In this document: positions 1-12,779 of the stretch, piece after piece | How the letters are laid out: each line of letters opens with the position of its first letter | How positions within the stretch are numbered: position 1 is the first letter of the stretch | Source: Octopus vulgaris | Taxonomy: Eukaryota | Direction: 5' to 3' | DNA: 64,000 nucleotides | Assembly (NCBI GenBank): GCA_951406725.2 | Contig: OX597823.1 | Span: 73,966,001 to 74,030,000, forward strand | Notes under the pieces: model-generated | What the model was told of the DNA's origin: nothing | Databases searched by the model: none | Seen by the model: the letters and a program-made list of their open reading frames with translations, nothing else | Program-made: the position numbers and the translations under genes

Positions 1-10
1 TCGAATTCAT

Positions 11-93
11 AGATATTTCAGCTTAGCGCAATAATCTAAATATTTCAGCTTAGCGCAATAATCTAGATATTTCAGCTTAGCGCAATAATCTAG
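11..93. repeat. 27-bp tandem repeat, 3 copies
   Basis: AGATATTTCAGCTTAGCGCAATAATCT repeated at 11, 38 and 65 with one mismatch. Confidence 0.9.
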
Positions 94-434
94 GGTTACT
101 CCAATATTAGCGAGTGTTTCAATAGCTAGTCGGTAGATCCAAACCAGCGAGAGTTATTCTTCAGCTAAGCAGTCTGCTAATCGAAATTTTCAACTGTAAC
201 AGCGCCTCACTCATCTACATTAAAAAAAAAAAAATTTAATCAATTCCATATGCTGCGTCTATGCATTTGTTTTGCAAGATTCCTGATGGGAAACCACGTG
301 TTGAGACAGATATTGTTCTATCTCGAGATGGTCATTTTGCTTTTCTTTTTTTTTTTGTTTTTGCCAAATAACCATACGCACTCTATACTCATTCTTCACT
401 TCAGCTCTATCATTATTCTTATTTTAATGTCCTT

Positions 435-477
435 GTCTAAAATCTTTCGTCACGAATCCTGTGACCTCTTCAGCGAC
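435..477 (-). ncRNA. Minimal hammerhead-ribozyme-like motif (Penelope-type)
   Basis: Minus strand reads GTCG-CTGAAGA-G-GTCAC-aggattc-GTGAC-GAAA-GATTTT-A-GAC: CUGANGA and GAAA boxes, perfect 5-bp stem II, short stem I. Confidence 0.55.
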
Positions 478-874
478 TCTCCATCCCACGTGTCTCCTCC
501 TGACCATCCAATTTCCCATGCTTTCAACAACAGAAATTTCGATTTCGCTCCAAAATACACCCATTTAAATATCTTTAATTTTTTCCCGATTTTTAAATTT
601 ATTTTTTGGTGGGGTGTTGTGGGGGGAAATACAGAGATTACGATTCTGTTCTGGGGTAAATTTTTCTGGAGAATAATTTTTAAGATTTCAAATTTTTTAA
701 TCAAAATTTTGAAATGCTGCTTTGGCGGATACAGTCGTAATCTCTGTTGATGAAAACATAGGATTCCATAAGTATTGTTCGATAACCATTAATATTGATT
801 TCATATTTTTGTACAAGGCCAGCAATTTCGGTGGAGTGGGTAATTAGCTATACCGTGAACACCAAAAGTAGAAA

Positions 875-1180
875 AGTTGCCTGATTTTCAAAGACAGCGT
901 ATTGTGGGTCCATCTCAGAGCGGGCTCAGTTAGAATAAGATTGTATAAAACCTTGGAATTTCTCTTACCGAAGTCAACAGAATGATTGAACAATTCGCCA
1001 GCAAAGGAAAAGACTCAAGGACATCTTGCTCAGGTAGACGCGAGCCCTCCGATATATGTTTTCGGGCCGTCAAGCGGATTGCTGAAAATAATTCTCGCTC
1101 TAAGTCAGATGCTGCTGCAATGCAACGCCAAATAAGATGGATTATTTCTATGAGGTATCTTCATCAACTTAGCTATTGAA
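875..1180 (+). pseudogene. Decayed Tc1-like transposase N-terminal HTH fragment
   Basis: Reads KLPDFQRQRIVG..GLS*NKIV*NLGISLTEVNR...SGR with in-frame stops; typical Tc1 paired-HTH pattern. Confidence 0.55.
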
Positions 1181-1190
1181 ATGAAAACAA

Positions 1191-2005
1191 GGCATACTTT
1201 CGATAGCTGTACACGAAAAGTGAAAGTCCTTCTTCGGCAATTTCCGTAATTTTTTTTTTATTTCTTTAATTTTCTAAACTGCTTGTGTTTAAGCTTTTTG
1301 TGTTAATATGTATGTGTTTATGTGTGTATAAAAGTACTGCATATATATGAGTATTTGTGTATGTGTATACAAAATATATATGTATATACATATACAAAAT
1401 ATTATCCGAAAAATATAGTATTATATATCCATCACGGCTGATCTTATCAATCGGTTTCGCGCAAGGAATACAATGGATGTTAGGTAATAATCCGATTAAA
1501 TAAATTTACGCTCATCAGAGTTAGCAGATATGGAAGAGAATATGGCGATTGCTCCGCCAGAGCAATCGCCATATTCCCTTCCATATTGGCCAGAGTGGTC
1601 GCCATATTTCCTTTCATATCGGCTAACTCTGATAAGCATAAGGTTTTATAATCGGATTGTTACCTAACACTCCATTGTATTCCTTGCGCGAAACCGACTG
1701 GTAAGATAAGTCACGATGGATATATAATACCGTACTTGTCGGATAATACACCCACTTTATTGAAAGATACATGTGTGCATCTCTTCGTTGACTTATAGTC
1801 TCTTAGATGACTCATGTGCACATACAAATATACATACATGCACATAAACACAAACCTATACTTACACGCACATAAACACATACATATATACACGAAAAAG
1901 TACATAAACACAAGCGGTTCAGAAAATTAAAGAAATAAATGTTTTCTACGGAAATTGCCGAAGAAAGGCTTTCACTTTTTCACGTCCAGCTATCAAAAGA
2001 ATGCC
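1191..2005. mobile_element. ~815-bp foldback (palindromic) non-autonomous DNA element
   Basis: Left GGCATACTTTCGATAGCTG...TCTTCGGCAATTTCCGTA mirrors right TACGGAAATTGCCGAAGA...CAGCTATCAAAAGAATGCC. The inverted match runs to a centre near 1555-1559 (TATGGCGATTGCTC-cgcca-GAGCAATCGCCATA). Confidence 0.8.
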
Positions 2006-2210
2006 GGAAATAAATGTACATTAGTAAGTTTGAATCATCAAGTAATGTCTGCATAGATAAAACGGTATAACGAGAGGTGTATATTTACTGCTGAGACGTC
2101 TTTGTATTTTCGAGGACTGCAAAATTACGGCAACAGTCTTCTAGTTTGCCTGGTTTGTTCGATTTTCAACCGAGGTCAGCGTAACCTCCATGTTAACTTG
2201 CCCTCGACAC

Positions 2211-2268
<58 letters not shown>

Positions 2269-2667
2269 GAGAGAGAGAGAGAGAGGCAGTTATATACTTG
2301 TATTTTGTAAATATTTATATAATCCAGTGATTATTTATTTAATCTATTGTCTGTTATTATTTGCTTTAACTTATATTGATCTACGCATAAAGAAAAAATC
2401 TGTCTTACCAATAATCACTTCTTAATATATTGAAACAGAGATCAGGGGTGAAATGAATCTATTTAGTTTGCCGGCAGGCTTTTAATACTTTGCAGGAGCA
2501 ATGTAGATAACCTCATAAAAGTAAATAAAAGAGAATACTGTACAGAAAAATAAACAAAATGAAAGTACATATACAGGTACGAAGCGGAATTCGGAATTCG
2601 ATTTTATGTTTCCATGTTAGGGTATTGAATAATTTTTAGTTTCATAAAAATAGGTAGATAGATGTCT

Positions 2668-2938
2668 ATTTCTTTCCACGGGTAAACCTCACCTGTCCTC
2701 CCCTTTACACTTCATATTGACATTTCTGTGATAACGATCCCTATTGATCAATTTTTTTTCCTTTCCCTTCCCCCCCTTTTTAAAAAAAATTTTATTCCCC
2801 CCTTTTTTGTCCTCTTTTTTTCTCTTTACGATCCCTTTTGATCGAAAACCAAACCCCCTTTTTTTACCCCCAAGAGAAAAGCTCTACCTTGTAATTTGTC
2901 CTGTCTGTGTGCAGCCCTGTGTGGCTAATAAAGAAACA

Positions 2939-3024
<86 letters not shown>

Positions 3025-3030
3025 CCTATC
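2668..3030 (+). mobile_element. LINE 3' UTR fragment with AATAAA and (TATC)n tail
   Basis: Homologous to 3390-3711 (TTTCCAC..TAAACCTC...CCCTGTGTGGC.AATAAAGAAA + TATC tail). Confidence 0.65.
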
Positions 3031-3712
<682 letters not shown>

Positions 3713-3739
3713 AAGTCATAGACAAGCGAGACAAACTGA

Positions 3740-4500
3740 TGACAAACATCGATGTCTGTCGCTCTAAAAAAAAAAAGCCAGCGGGATTTGATGTGAGTTG
3801 ACTCGCAACGGTTTTACAAAAGCAACCAACGCATTTGGTAAACTCCATCGTCGTCTATGGAATGAAAGCGATATTAAACTTGACTCAAAATACAGGTCTA
3901 TACAGCTGCCATTTTTACTACTCTCTCATATAGCTCAGAATCGTGGACACCCTATAGACAGCACATTAACCAACTAGACATCTACAAAAGCTCTCTCAGG
4001 ACAGTCTGCGGCTATTCACTAAACGACTAAGTTTCTCATGCCGACCTGTTTAACAAGTGTAAGATTGGTGAATCTAGAGCTTCCTTATGCAGTCGTAATT
4101 GCGCTGGGCTGGCCGTGTCGTCAGAATGAGTGACGAAAGAATACCTAAAGTTCTCATACGAAGTCAGCTTTATAATGGGCCAAGGAATGTTGATCGACCC
4201 TGGCTCAGATATAAGGACAAGCTGAAGGGTAACCTCTCGGAAGTTAAAATAGATCACAACACCTTTGAGCAAATCGCACTGGAGCGAACAAAATGGCGAT
4301 CGTCGTCTCAAAATGGTATAAGAAACTTTGTTGCAACCAGCATTAAGAGGCTTAGGGATGCAAGGCAAAAGAAAAAAGCGGCTGCAAATATACCGCCTGC
4401 ATTGATCCGTAATTTTCATACTTGCAACATTTGTGGGCTTCTTTGCAAATTGTTGGCGGGACTCACATGTCACATTTGACATAAGCATTATGACTGACAA
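3740..4500 (+). pseudogene. Degenerate RTE-clade LINE, RT C-terminal region with C2H2 finger
   Basis: YSSESWT, LRWAGRVVRMSDERIPK, RYKD, terminal CNICG..C...AGLTCH; frameshifted. Confidence 0.8.
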
Positions 4501-4514
4501 AGAAAGAGTAGGTT

Positions 4515-4663
4515 CATTATTTACATTATTTACATTTGACGGATATTTGTCCTCATCTTGTTCGTTAATACCCTCTATCCTTCATCAGGTGTCTTGGGGA
4601 AATTTTAAACCTGGGTTCTCACACTTAAGGTATTTTTCGATGTTGTTGTTATTATTATTATTA

Positions 4664-4717
<54 letters not shown>

Positions 4718-4799
4718 TCACTGCCTGGAATCGAACTCGGAATCTCTTAACCAATACGCCATATGCCCACGGGCATAATAACATCGAAAAATACCATAG

Positions 4800-4866
<67 letters not shown>

Positions 4867-5066
4867 TAATAATAATATCGCAAAATACCTTAGGAATGAG
4901 AACCCAGGTTCGAAATTTCCTCAAGACACTTGATGAAGGTTGAAGAGTATATCAACCGAAACGTTGTGTTAATAACAAACAAGATGAGGACAAATATCCG
5001 TCAAATGTAAATTATGTAAATAATGTAAATAATGTACATAATTCCTCATCTCTTAAATATGGAACT
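4515..5066 (+). mobile_element. Penelope-like inverted-repeat insertion with hammerhead motif and 13-bp flanking duplication
   Basis: Arms ~4515-4700 and ~4800-5035 are inverted copies, plus a short unpaired 3' extension; GAAAGAGTAGGTT at 4502-4514 and 5067-5079. Confidence 0.75.
4925..4970 (+). ncRNA. Minimal hammerhead motif (C3 mutated in this copy)
   Basis: GACAC-TTGATGA-A-GGTTGA-agagtata-TCAACC-GAAA-CGTT-GTGTT; the inverted arm at ~4581-4595 keeps GACAC-CTGATGA. Confidence 0.6.
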
Positions 5067-5128
5067 GAAAGAGTAGGTTGTCCGATCCTCATACACCGAA
5101 GCCGACGGGTGAGTCCATTATATTATAT

Positions 5129-5162
<34 letters not shown>

Positions 5163-5164
<2 letters not shown>

Positions 5165-5272
5165 AAGTATAGAAGCCATCTTATCATGGCTAACCACATT
5201 GGGGAGGGGATGGTAACAGTAACATCCCCTCCCCAATGTGGTTAGCCATGATAAGATGGCTTCTATACTTTA
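5163..5272. repeat. Perfect 50-bp-arm hairpin between (TA)n tracts
   Basis: 5163-5212 is the exact reverse complement of 5223-5272; 10-nt loop; ~50-nt unpaired tail to 5322. Confidence 0.9.
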
Positions 5273-5320
5273 CATTATCGAGCGATTACTGTTTCAATCT
5301 CATTCTGAGATTTAATTATG

Positions 5321-5410
<90 letters not shown>

Positions 5411-5413
<3 letters not shown>

Positions 5414-5575
5414 CGCAGGAGTGGCTGTGTGGTAAGTAGCTTGCTTACCAACCACACAGTTCCGGGTTCAGTCCCACTGCGTGGCACCTTGGGCAAGTGT
5501 CTTCTACTATAGCCTCGGGCCGACAAAACCCTTGTGAGTGGATTTGGTAGACGGAAACTGAAAGAAGCCCGTCGT
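5411..5575 (+). mobile_element. SINE family B (tRNA-like head, CORE-like GCACCTTGGGCAAGT), 5' half
   Basis: AGGCGCAGGAGTGGCTGTGTGGTAAG...GGTTCAGTCCC (A/B-box-like); more than 10 copies in the window. Confidence 0.8.
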
Positions 5576-5683
5576 ATATATATATGTATATATCTTCTAT
5601 CTTTTGTTTCAGTCATTTGCCTGCGGTGATCCTGGGGTATCGGTTTGAAGGATTATAGCCGAGAAATGCTATTAATAAAAAAA

Positions 5684-5892
5684 AGGCAGCCGTGGTTGTG
5701 TAGTAAAAGGTTTGTTTCTCAACCACATGGCTCCGAGTTCAGTCCCAATAAGTGACGCCTTGGACAAGTGTCTTTTACTATGGCTTTGGACCGACCAAAT
5801 CTTTGGTGGACGGAAAATGAAAGAAACCCGTCGTGTGTGTGTGTGTGTGTGTGTGCGTGTGTGTGTGCGTGTGAGAGAGTGAGTGAGAGAGT

Positions 5893-5939
<47 letters not shown>

Positions 5940-6055
5940 CACCGCTTGACAGCTAGGGTTGCTGTGTTTACGTCCTCGTAACTTAGTGGTTCAGCAAAAG
6001 AGAAGGCTTAATTAAAGTACTGGAGTTAATTAATTCGACTAAAATTCTGCTGCAG
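5684..6055 (+). mobile_element. SINE family B, diverged, internal (TG)n(AG)n
   Basis: Same head and 3' half as other family B copies. Confidence 0.7.
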
Positions 6056-6289
6056 TCGTCCCTGGATATTTATCCTCTTCCACAACTGCCTTCATTTTAT
6101 AAACTATGCCGTTACTCTTTTGTGTTCATTCATAAGCATCATCTATGCTTCTCTAGTCTTTCTCAGATCTACTATCACGGCTACATTATGTTTCGCTAAA
6201 GAGGCCTAATAAAGCTGAAACGTATGCACAGATCTCATCATATTTTCTAAAGGTTATACTCACTTACTTCTGCATTCCACATCTCATTA

Positions 6290-6500
6290 CAAGCATCTCC
6301 GCCTAACAGAAACGTTGCGTTCCACGAAATTTTGTCCTAACGTGGAATTCTGTATCGCGGAAGCTATTTTCCAATGATTTCATGTTACATGGAAAATAAT
6401 AAACAGGAACGTAGATGGGAAATACGTTTCGCTTCATAGAATTTCATGTTACAGCAAGAATCTCAAGCAGGTAACGTTTCCGTAAAGCGGGGGTTGTTTG
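6290..6500. mobile_element. pogo/Tigger-like MITE
   Basis: TA|CAAGCATCTCCGCCTAACAGAAACGTT ... AACGTTTCCGTAAAGCGGGGGTTGTTTG|TA; palindromic interior; TA TSD. Confidence 0.65.
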
Positions 6501-6837
6501 TAATTTTAACTATTTTAAATTTCAGTGTTCTTTCATCTTGCCATTTTTCTTTTACCAAAATTAGTCCTTCAGGAAATGATTGTTCTTACGATTAAGTCTA
6601 AATTTAATTGATTTACATTTCTTGTCATTACTAGATCCTATATGCTAGCACTCGTTTCTTAAGTTTCAGTTTCGTTTCATAGTTGAGCATAACACTCGAA
6701 CACATATCATTAAAAATGTACCAACAGTTGCTGTATCAATTCCTTTAGCGGTTGAATAAAACACAGCAGTTAATTGCAACTTGTTTTCTTGTATTTATTT
6801 CTATTGTTTAATCACGACTCATTGGAACCAAGAGAGT

Positions 6838-7222
6838 GGAGGCGCAATGGCCCAGTGGTTAGGGCAGCGGACTCGCGGTCGTAGGATTGCGGTTTCGATT
6901 CCCAGACCGGGGGTTGTGAGTGTTTATTGAGCGAAAACACCTAAAGCTCCACGAGGTTCCGGCAGGGATGGTGGTGATCCCTGCTGTACTCTTTCACCAC
7001 AACTTTCTCTCACTCTTACTTCCTGTTTCTATTGTACCTGTATTTCAAAGCGCCGGCCTTGTCACTCTCTGTGTCACGCTGAATATCCCCGAGAACTACG
7101 TTAAGGATACACGTGTCTGTGGAGTGCTCAGCCACTTACACGTTAATTTCACGAGCAGGCTGTTCCGTTGATCGGATCAACCGGAACCCTCGTCGTCGTA
7201 ACCGACGGAGTGCTAAGTAGTA
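6838..7222 (+). mobile_element. SINE family A (tRNA-derived), full length
   Basis: Head GGAGGCGCAATGGCCCAGTGGTTAGGGCAGCGGACT..GGTTTCGATTCCC; flanking duplication GGAACCAAGA; near-identical inverted copy at 57205-57586. Confidence 0.85.
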
Positions 7223-7317
7223 GGAACCAAGAAAGAGTAGTTATACCAGGGCTTGAGACACGCTAACCAATCTGCTAAAGGTGCTTCGGCACCCTTAGTC
7301 ACGATATTAATTTATAT

Positions 7318-7703
7318 ATACGTAACATGGTATAATTATAAACAGGGCAAATTTTAGCCATTTCACCGCAGACTGAAAAAGAAAAAAAAAACCGATGAAC
7401 TATCTTAATCGATTTTCGAACCTTACTGGGTTCTCGTCAGTGGCGTCCACATCATTTTGACAAACTCCAGAGAAGCAAACGGCCAAACTGTTTATATACT
7501 CAACAAATGCAGCAGTTATTCTATGAAGAAATCCCTAATTTGCTTACTGAAAGTGTTTAACATCCTATAAATACCAGCGGCCTGTGAACGGAGGTCATAG
7601 TTCACACAGTATCAAGGTATGATGTAATGTATACGTAACATTTCTCCGCAGACTTAAAAAAGATGAACAACCTTAATCGATTTTCGAACCTTATTGGGTT
7701 CTT
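7318..7703 (-). mobile_element. Penelope-like pLTR remnant (partial tandem direct repeat) with hammerhead motif at ~7400-7448
   Basis: Minus strand CTGACGA-GAACC-cagtaa-GGTTC-GAAA-ATCGAT-TA; 7318-7435 partly repeated at 7630-7703. Confidence 0.55.
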
Positions 7704-8054
7704 ATGTGTGTGTGTGTGTGGTGTGTGTGTGTGTGTGTATGTGTGTGTGTGTGTGTGTTCGTCTTCCACCACCACGTGACAACAGGTGTTGGTGTTTACG
7801 TCCTCGTAACTTAACTGTTCGGCAAAAGAGAAAGACAGAATAAGTACCAGGCTTAAAAAAAAAGTACTGGGGTCAATTTATTTGTCTAAAAATTCTTCAA
7901 GACAGTACCCCAGCATGGCCGCAGTCTAATGATTAAAACATGTAAAAAATAAAACTTACAAGACTTATTACATTTTTTTCCCCTTTAATTAATTTTTCAA
8001 CACTAATCCACATGAAATTGCTTCTATAAAAGCGTCAGCATAATTGAAATCTTA

Positions 8055-8646
8055 TATCTTTATTGCTCAATAGGGGCTAAACATAGAGGGGACAGACAAA
8101 GGTATTAAGTCGATTAAATCGACCCCGGTGCGTAACTGGTACTTATTTAATCGACCCCGAAAGGATGAAAGGCAAAGTCGACCTCGGCGGAATTTGAACT
8201 CAGAACGTAACGGCAGACGAAATACCTATTTCTTTACTACCCACAAGGGGCTAAACACAGAGAGGACAAACAAGGACAGACAAACGGATTAAGTCGATTA
8301 TATCGACCCCAGTGTGTAACTGCTACTTAATTTATCGACCCCCGAAAGGATGAAAGGCAAAGTCGACCTTGGCGGAATTTGATCTCACCACGTAGCAGCA
8401 GACGAAATACCTATTTCTTTAGTACCCCACAAGGGGCTAAACACAGAGAGGACAAACAAAGACAGACAAACGGATTAAGTCGATTATATCGACCCCGGTG
8501 TGTAACTGCTACTTGATTTATCGATCCCCGAAAGGATGAAAGGCAAAGTCGACCTCGGCCGAATTTGAACTCACAATGTAGCGGCAGACGAAATACTGCT
8601 AAGCATTTCGCCCGGCGTGCTAACGTTTCTCCCATTTCGCCGCCTT
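8055..8646 (-). mobile_element. SINE family C (Nin/Deu-domain-like), tandem array of three ~185-bp body units with one head
   Basis: GCCTTTCATCCTTTCGGGGTCGAT...AAGTACCAG core; unit starts at 8226 and 8411; head AGGCGGCGA.. at the right end. Confidence 0.85.
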
Positions 8647-9954
8647 AACATAATTGAAATCTTGGGCCGAATACTTCAACAGGTGCACATTTATCTACTA
8701 AATTCGTTATTTCACAAAAACCTTATAATTATTAATTCCCCCCCCCACCACCACCATTTCATTTCCCTCCCACTTTGTCAATAGTTGTGTGGTTAATGTC
8801 TTTTAGAACCGACCACTAGTCAAGCACCACCCTCATAAGTCCATACGCAATAACCCCGATATAATATCAACACTAACAACGTGTTATACAACCTTCGAAC
8901 ACACCATAACTACCTGTCGCTAACTATCATCATCGTATCATGCATTAACTATCTTATCTGTTATTATAACATAAACCATATCCAGATACGTTATGTACGT
9001 ATGCATGTATGTATAAGTGTCACAAAGTTAAAAAAAAACAACAACAGAAATAACAGCTACCCAATCGTTATAATAATTGTAAAGCAGGCAACGTCCAGCT
9101 AGCATTCACTGAATGAACCTCTAAAATCACGGTTAGTCTTACATTTTTTCTTCTTTTTTTTTTTTTTTTATACAAGTAACGAATGTAATTCTAGCATAAC
9201 ATAAAATAACTGTAGTCTCGACCCCCTTTTTAATTCATAAAAGCATGGTCATCTTATATTCGAATATGTATTTTCTTTCTATACAAACAGTATACAAACG
9301 GTTAATGTAGTTAAATTTTCCATTAACGGTGCCCATCTTTGACAAACACTTAGCCTTATGTCTAAAGAAGAAGTCCTCTATCACGGTGGTGTAGTGACAA
9401 AATCGGCAGGTGTTGGTGTTGGACTGAATACGGTTGATTATTCACTTTCGTCTGTCTACCATTTTAAGTGATATCATACTGGAGTTGTCGTGACCTTCCG
9501 AGGCAATACCTGAACTTGCACACCTACTGATCATCCCGTTGTTGTAGGTAATAACTAGAACTACTTAATTTATTATGTCTTTTATTTAATTCAAACTGCA
9601 CGGTATAATTTAAGGGAAATTTGGAGCTATGTCTTGCAAGTCGAACAACCACATAGATTCTCATGTTGGTTCGTTTGTTGAGGGGACGCCCCCCCCATTG
9701 AAATAAGTACTAGTGAGGTGTCAGGGGGTCTCATCATTACATAGTTGTCACCATGTATCAACGAAATAAATCATTATCCATAATAGTATTCCCTACTACA
9801 GGGCAGTAGCGAAATCAACATAACACACTGCAACAGTATTTCTAGTGTGGGCTTCTCTATATCATGAGTTCAAATTTCACTAGGTCGATCGCGCGTTTTA
9901 TCGCTAAGGTTAATTAGGTTAATTAATTTGACTTCTGATATACTGATATTTTTT

Positions 9955-10257
9955 TCGCCCTTTTCAAGCCTAGTCAGGCTCAAGGGCCCGGTTTTCCGGT
10001 TTCTGTGGCGTATGTAGTCCTCTCAGCTGGACGGGACGCCAGTCCATCGCAGCGTTACTGAAGAAACAGGAAAAGAGAGTGAGTGAAAGTTGTGGCGAAA
10101 GAGTACAACAGGGGTCACTACCACCCTCTGCCGGAGCCTCGTAGAGCTTTTAGGTGTTTTCGCTCAATAAACACACACAACACCCGGTCTGGGAATCGAA
10201 ACCGCAATCCTCCGACCCCAAGTCTGCTGCCTTAACCACTGGGCCAATGCGCCTCCA
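9955..10257 (-). mobile_element. SINE family A variant (same head, different 3' end)
   Basis: Head matches the 6838 copy; 3' part diverges. Confidence 0.75.
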
Positions 10258-10804
10258 CTCTGATATGCTGATATAGAAATTAATTTGTTAATATGATAAA
10301 TAATATATTAGCACGGTCAGTTTAAGTGCCCCATATCATCAGTTCCATTTACACTGTTTGGATTGGCAGTATTTAGATACAGCTTTCTTTGATCCGAGTT
10401 TAAACTAGTCGAGATCAGATTTGCTATATACCCTTTTGGGTTGAGAAAATAAAGTATAAACAATTACGGGGATCAATATAATCAAGGTTCCTCTTTCTAC
10501 CTATTTCTGGCCTTCGGCTTTTGTTAGAAACGATTATTTGTTTTACTATTTTTACCAGAATTCTTTATAAGCTAATTCTTTACAATGATGAAATCTTGAT
10601 TTTCACCTGATTTGATCTGTTTAAATACACACATTCTTTCCTTCGCTTTATCAAAATTGACACCCACCTAAAAGAGCCATATCTCCCAGAAGAAAAAAAG
10701 TGAGGGGCAGGCGATAGTTTTTTTTATTGATTGGGGTTTGTTTCTCATCTGTGTTTCGCTACCGTCACTGAAATCAAATCATTATTAAGCTTCACGGGTG
10801 TAAA

Positions 10805-11087
10805 TCAGGGACTCTCATTGTGTCTAAGTCCTAGTCTCTCGGCAGCTTTTACATTCGGATGCTTTTCATGGTCTTCAGGGATCTTTAGAAATCGCAACAT
10901 ATTTCTTTCTTCTACAAAAGGCACAAATTTTAGTTCAAAAGAAACTATTTTCTCATATTTTGTAGCAAATGTCAAGGACGAATCAGTAAGTTCCATGAGT
11001 CAAAAGGATTTCACTTTAATCCCCTTGATACCACCGATAATGCGCTCGAGAAAGGTACGGATATGAGGCCGCCTTATAAATCCCACC
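10805..11087 (-). pseudogene. Candidate terminal exon of an unidentified minus-strand gene/pseudogene with an in-frame TGA
   Basis: Acceptor TTTACATTTTCAG before 11087; frame VGFIRRPHIRTFLERIIGGIKGIKVKSF*LMELTD...HNESP*; AATAAA at 10723-10728 (minus). Confidence 0.35.
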
Positions 11088-11388
11088 CTGAAAATGTAAA
11101 GTATTGTCATTAGCAAAATATGTCAATGTTTGTTTTAAGATCATATCTTATTCTGAACTCTTGTGCGCCAGAGTAAACTTTGCTCTCGTTATCGGAGTCT
11201 CCCCACTCAACACACGCTATCTCCACGGAAGCCAAATTCTCACAAATTCTGCCCAAAATAGAAAAGCAGAAACAAAATTAAAAAGAAAAAAAAATTACCT
11301 CACCAAAAATAGTTATATTTCCTTTTCTAAGAGCAATGAATATGATGCGAAGCATGAAATGCTGTTGAATAAAATAATTCATTTTCAT

Positions 11389-11775
11389 AGGTGCAGATGT
11401 AGCAGTGTGGTAAGAAGCCTACTTCCCAACCACATGGTTCTGGATTCAATCCCAGTGCTTGGCACTTTGGGCAAGTGTCTTCTACTGTAGCCCCAGACCG
11501 ACCAAAGCCTTGTGCGTGGATTTGGTAGACGGAAACTGAAAGAAGCCCGTCGTATATATCTATGTGTATGTGAGTCCTTGTGTTTGTGTTTGTTCTCCCA
11601 CTACCGCTTGACAACCGCAGTTGGTATGCTTGCATCCCCGTAACTTTGCAGTTCGGCAAAAATAACCGATAGAATAAGCGTCAGGCTTTAAAAATAAACC
11701 CTCGGGTCAATTTGTGCGACAAAAGCACTTCAAGGCAGTACCCCAGCATAGACGCAATGACGGGAACAAGTAGAA
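11389..11775 (+). mobile_element. SINE family B
   Basis: Full-length diverged copy. Confidence 0.8.
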
Positions 11776-12779
11776 AAGAAATGTGTCGAAAGTTAAGATT
11801 GCTTAACCTTATACTACAACATTCTGAAACAATAAAAATGCTGATAATAAAACTCTGGTGACACCAAAGAAAATGGCGCTAGAAAGACCAGTAAGAGAAA
11901 TCTCTCTTAAAACCCTGCGAATCCAGCTTAATTATATAATGAACATTAGACAATTCTTAAAACGATGAGGAACGAAATAATTAGTTTTAATAGTTAATTA
12001 TTATTTACAGAAGCAAAAGATAGGCCTCCAAAATATTCAGGTGAATTTAGTTTAAGAGGAGGAAACACTATATACGTAATGAGGATTTAGGAATATCTTA
12101 TAAATAAGTATTAATAAAAAGAACTTACTGGTCTCCGATTAAGAGAGAATGCAAGAAAAGTATTTTCAGTGAGAGAAAAGCATGCATACAAAATTTACCA
12201 AATGAACAACGGCTCTCTCCCATTCCTCTCTTTCTCTCACGCACTCCTCTACACAAAATTTCGGGCCTTGTGCATAGAGTAGAAAAGAATAATATCAAGT
12301 TTGACAAAAGACTTACCAGAAACCCTTTACTAGAAATAGAAGTTAATAAACATATCAACTTAAGTAGAATGACAAAATGGAAACATAAGTGCAAGGATAC
12401 ATATATATATTTTATAGAAATCAATAGTTTTGGTATGGTCAATAACGTTCACGTTTAGCTAACAAAGAAAAGATTAAAGTCTTTGAAACATTCACAAAAA
12501 AAAATTCCTGTTAACCAACTTGTAGCCATAGTTTTTATTTATTCATTTATTCATTTTTTGTTAAATGAATATTTAGCCAAATAATCTACAGGAAGTGAGT
12601 TTCTTGGTAAACATAATTCAGTGACATAAAATATTTGAAAACTCCTCACTGAAGAATACTCTCAGTACCTATGGAGAGTATTCTTTGTTGGTCAATTTGT
12701 TTCTATAGTAGATTTAGTGCGAATTTGGATGAGAAGCTTTTATTTTCATTCGCCAGCATCAACAGTCTAATTTATCGTT

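Noticed and set aside
11-93. CRISPR-like 27-bp repeats
   Set aside because: No spacers, no cas genes, eukaryotic context
6838-6912. tRNA gene
   Set aside because: tRNA-like head continues into a SINE body with flanking duplication and multiple copies
10730-10805. SECIS element downstream of the TGA-containing minus-strand frame
   Set aside because: RUGA, AA and GA motifs lack the required spacing and stem
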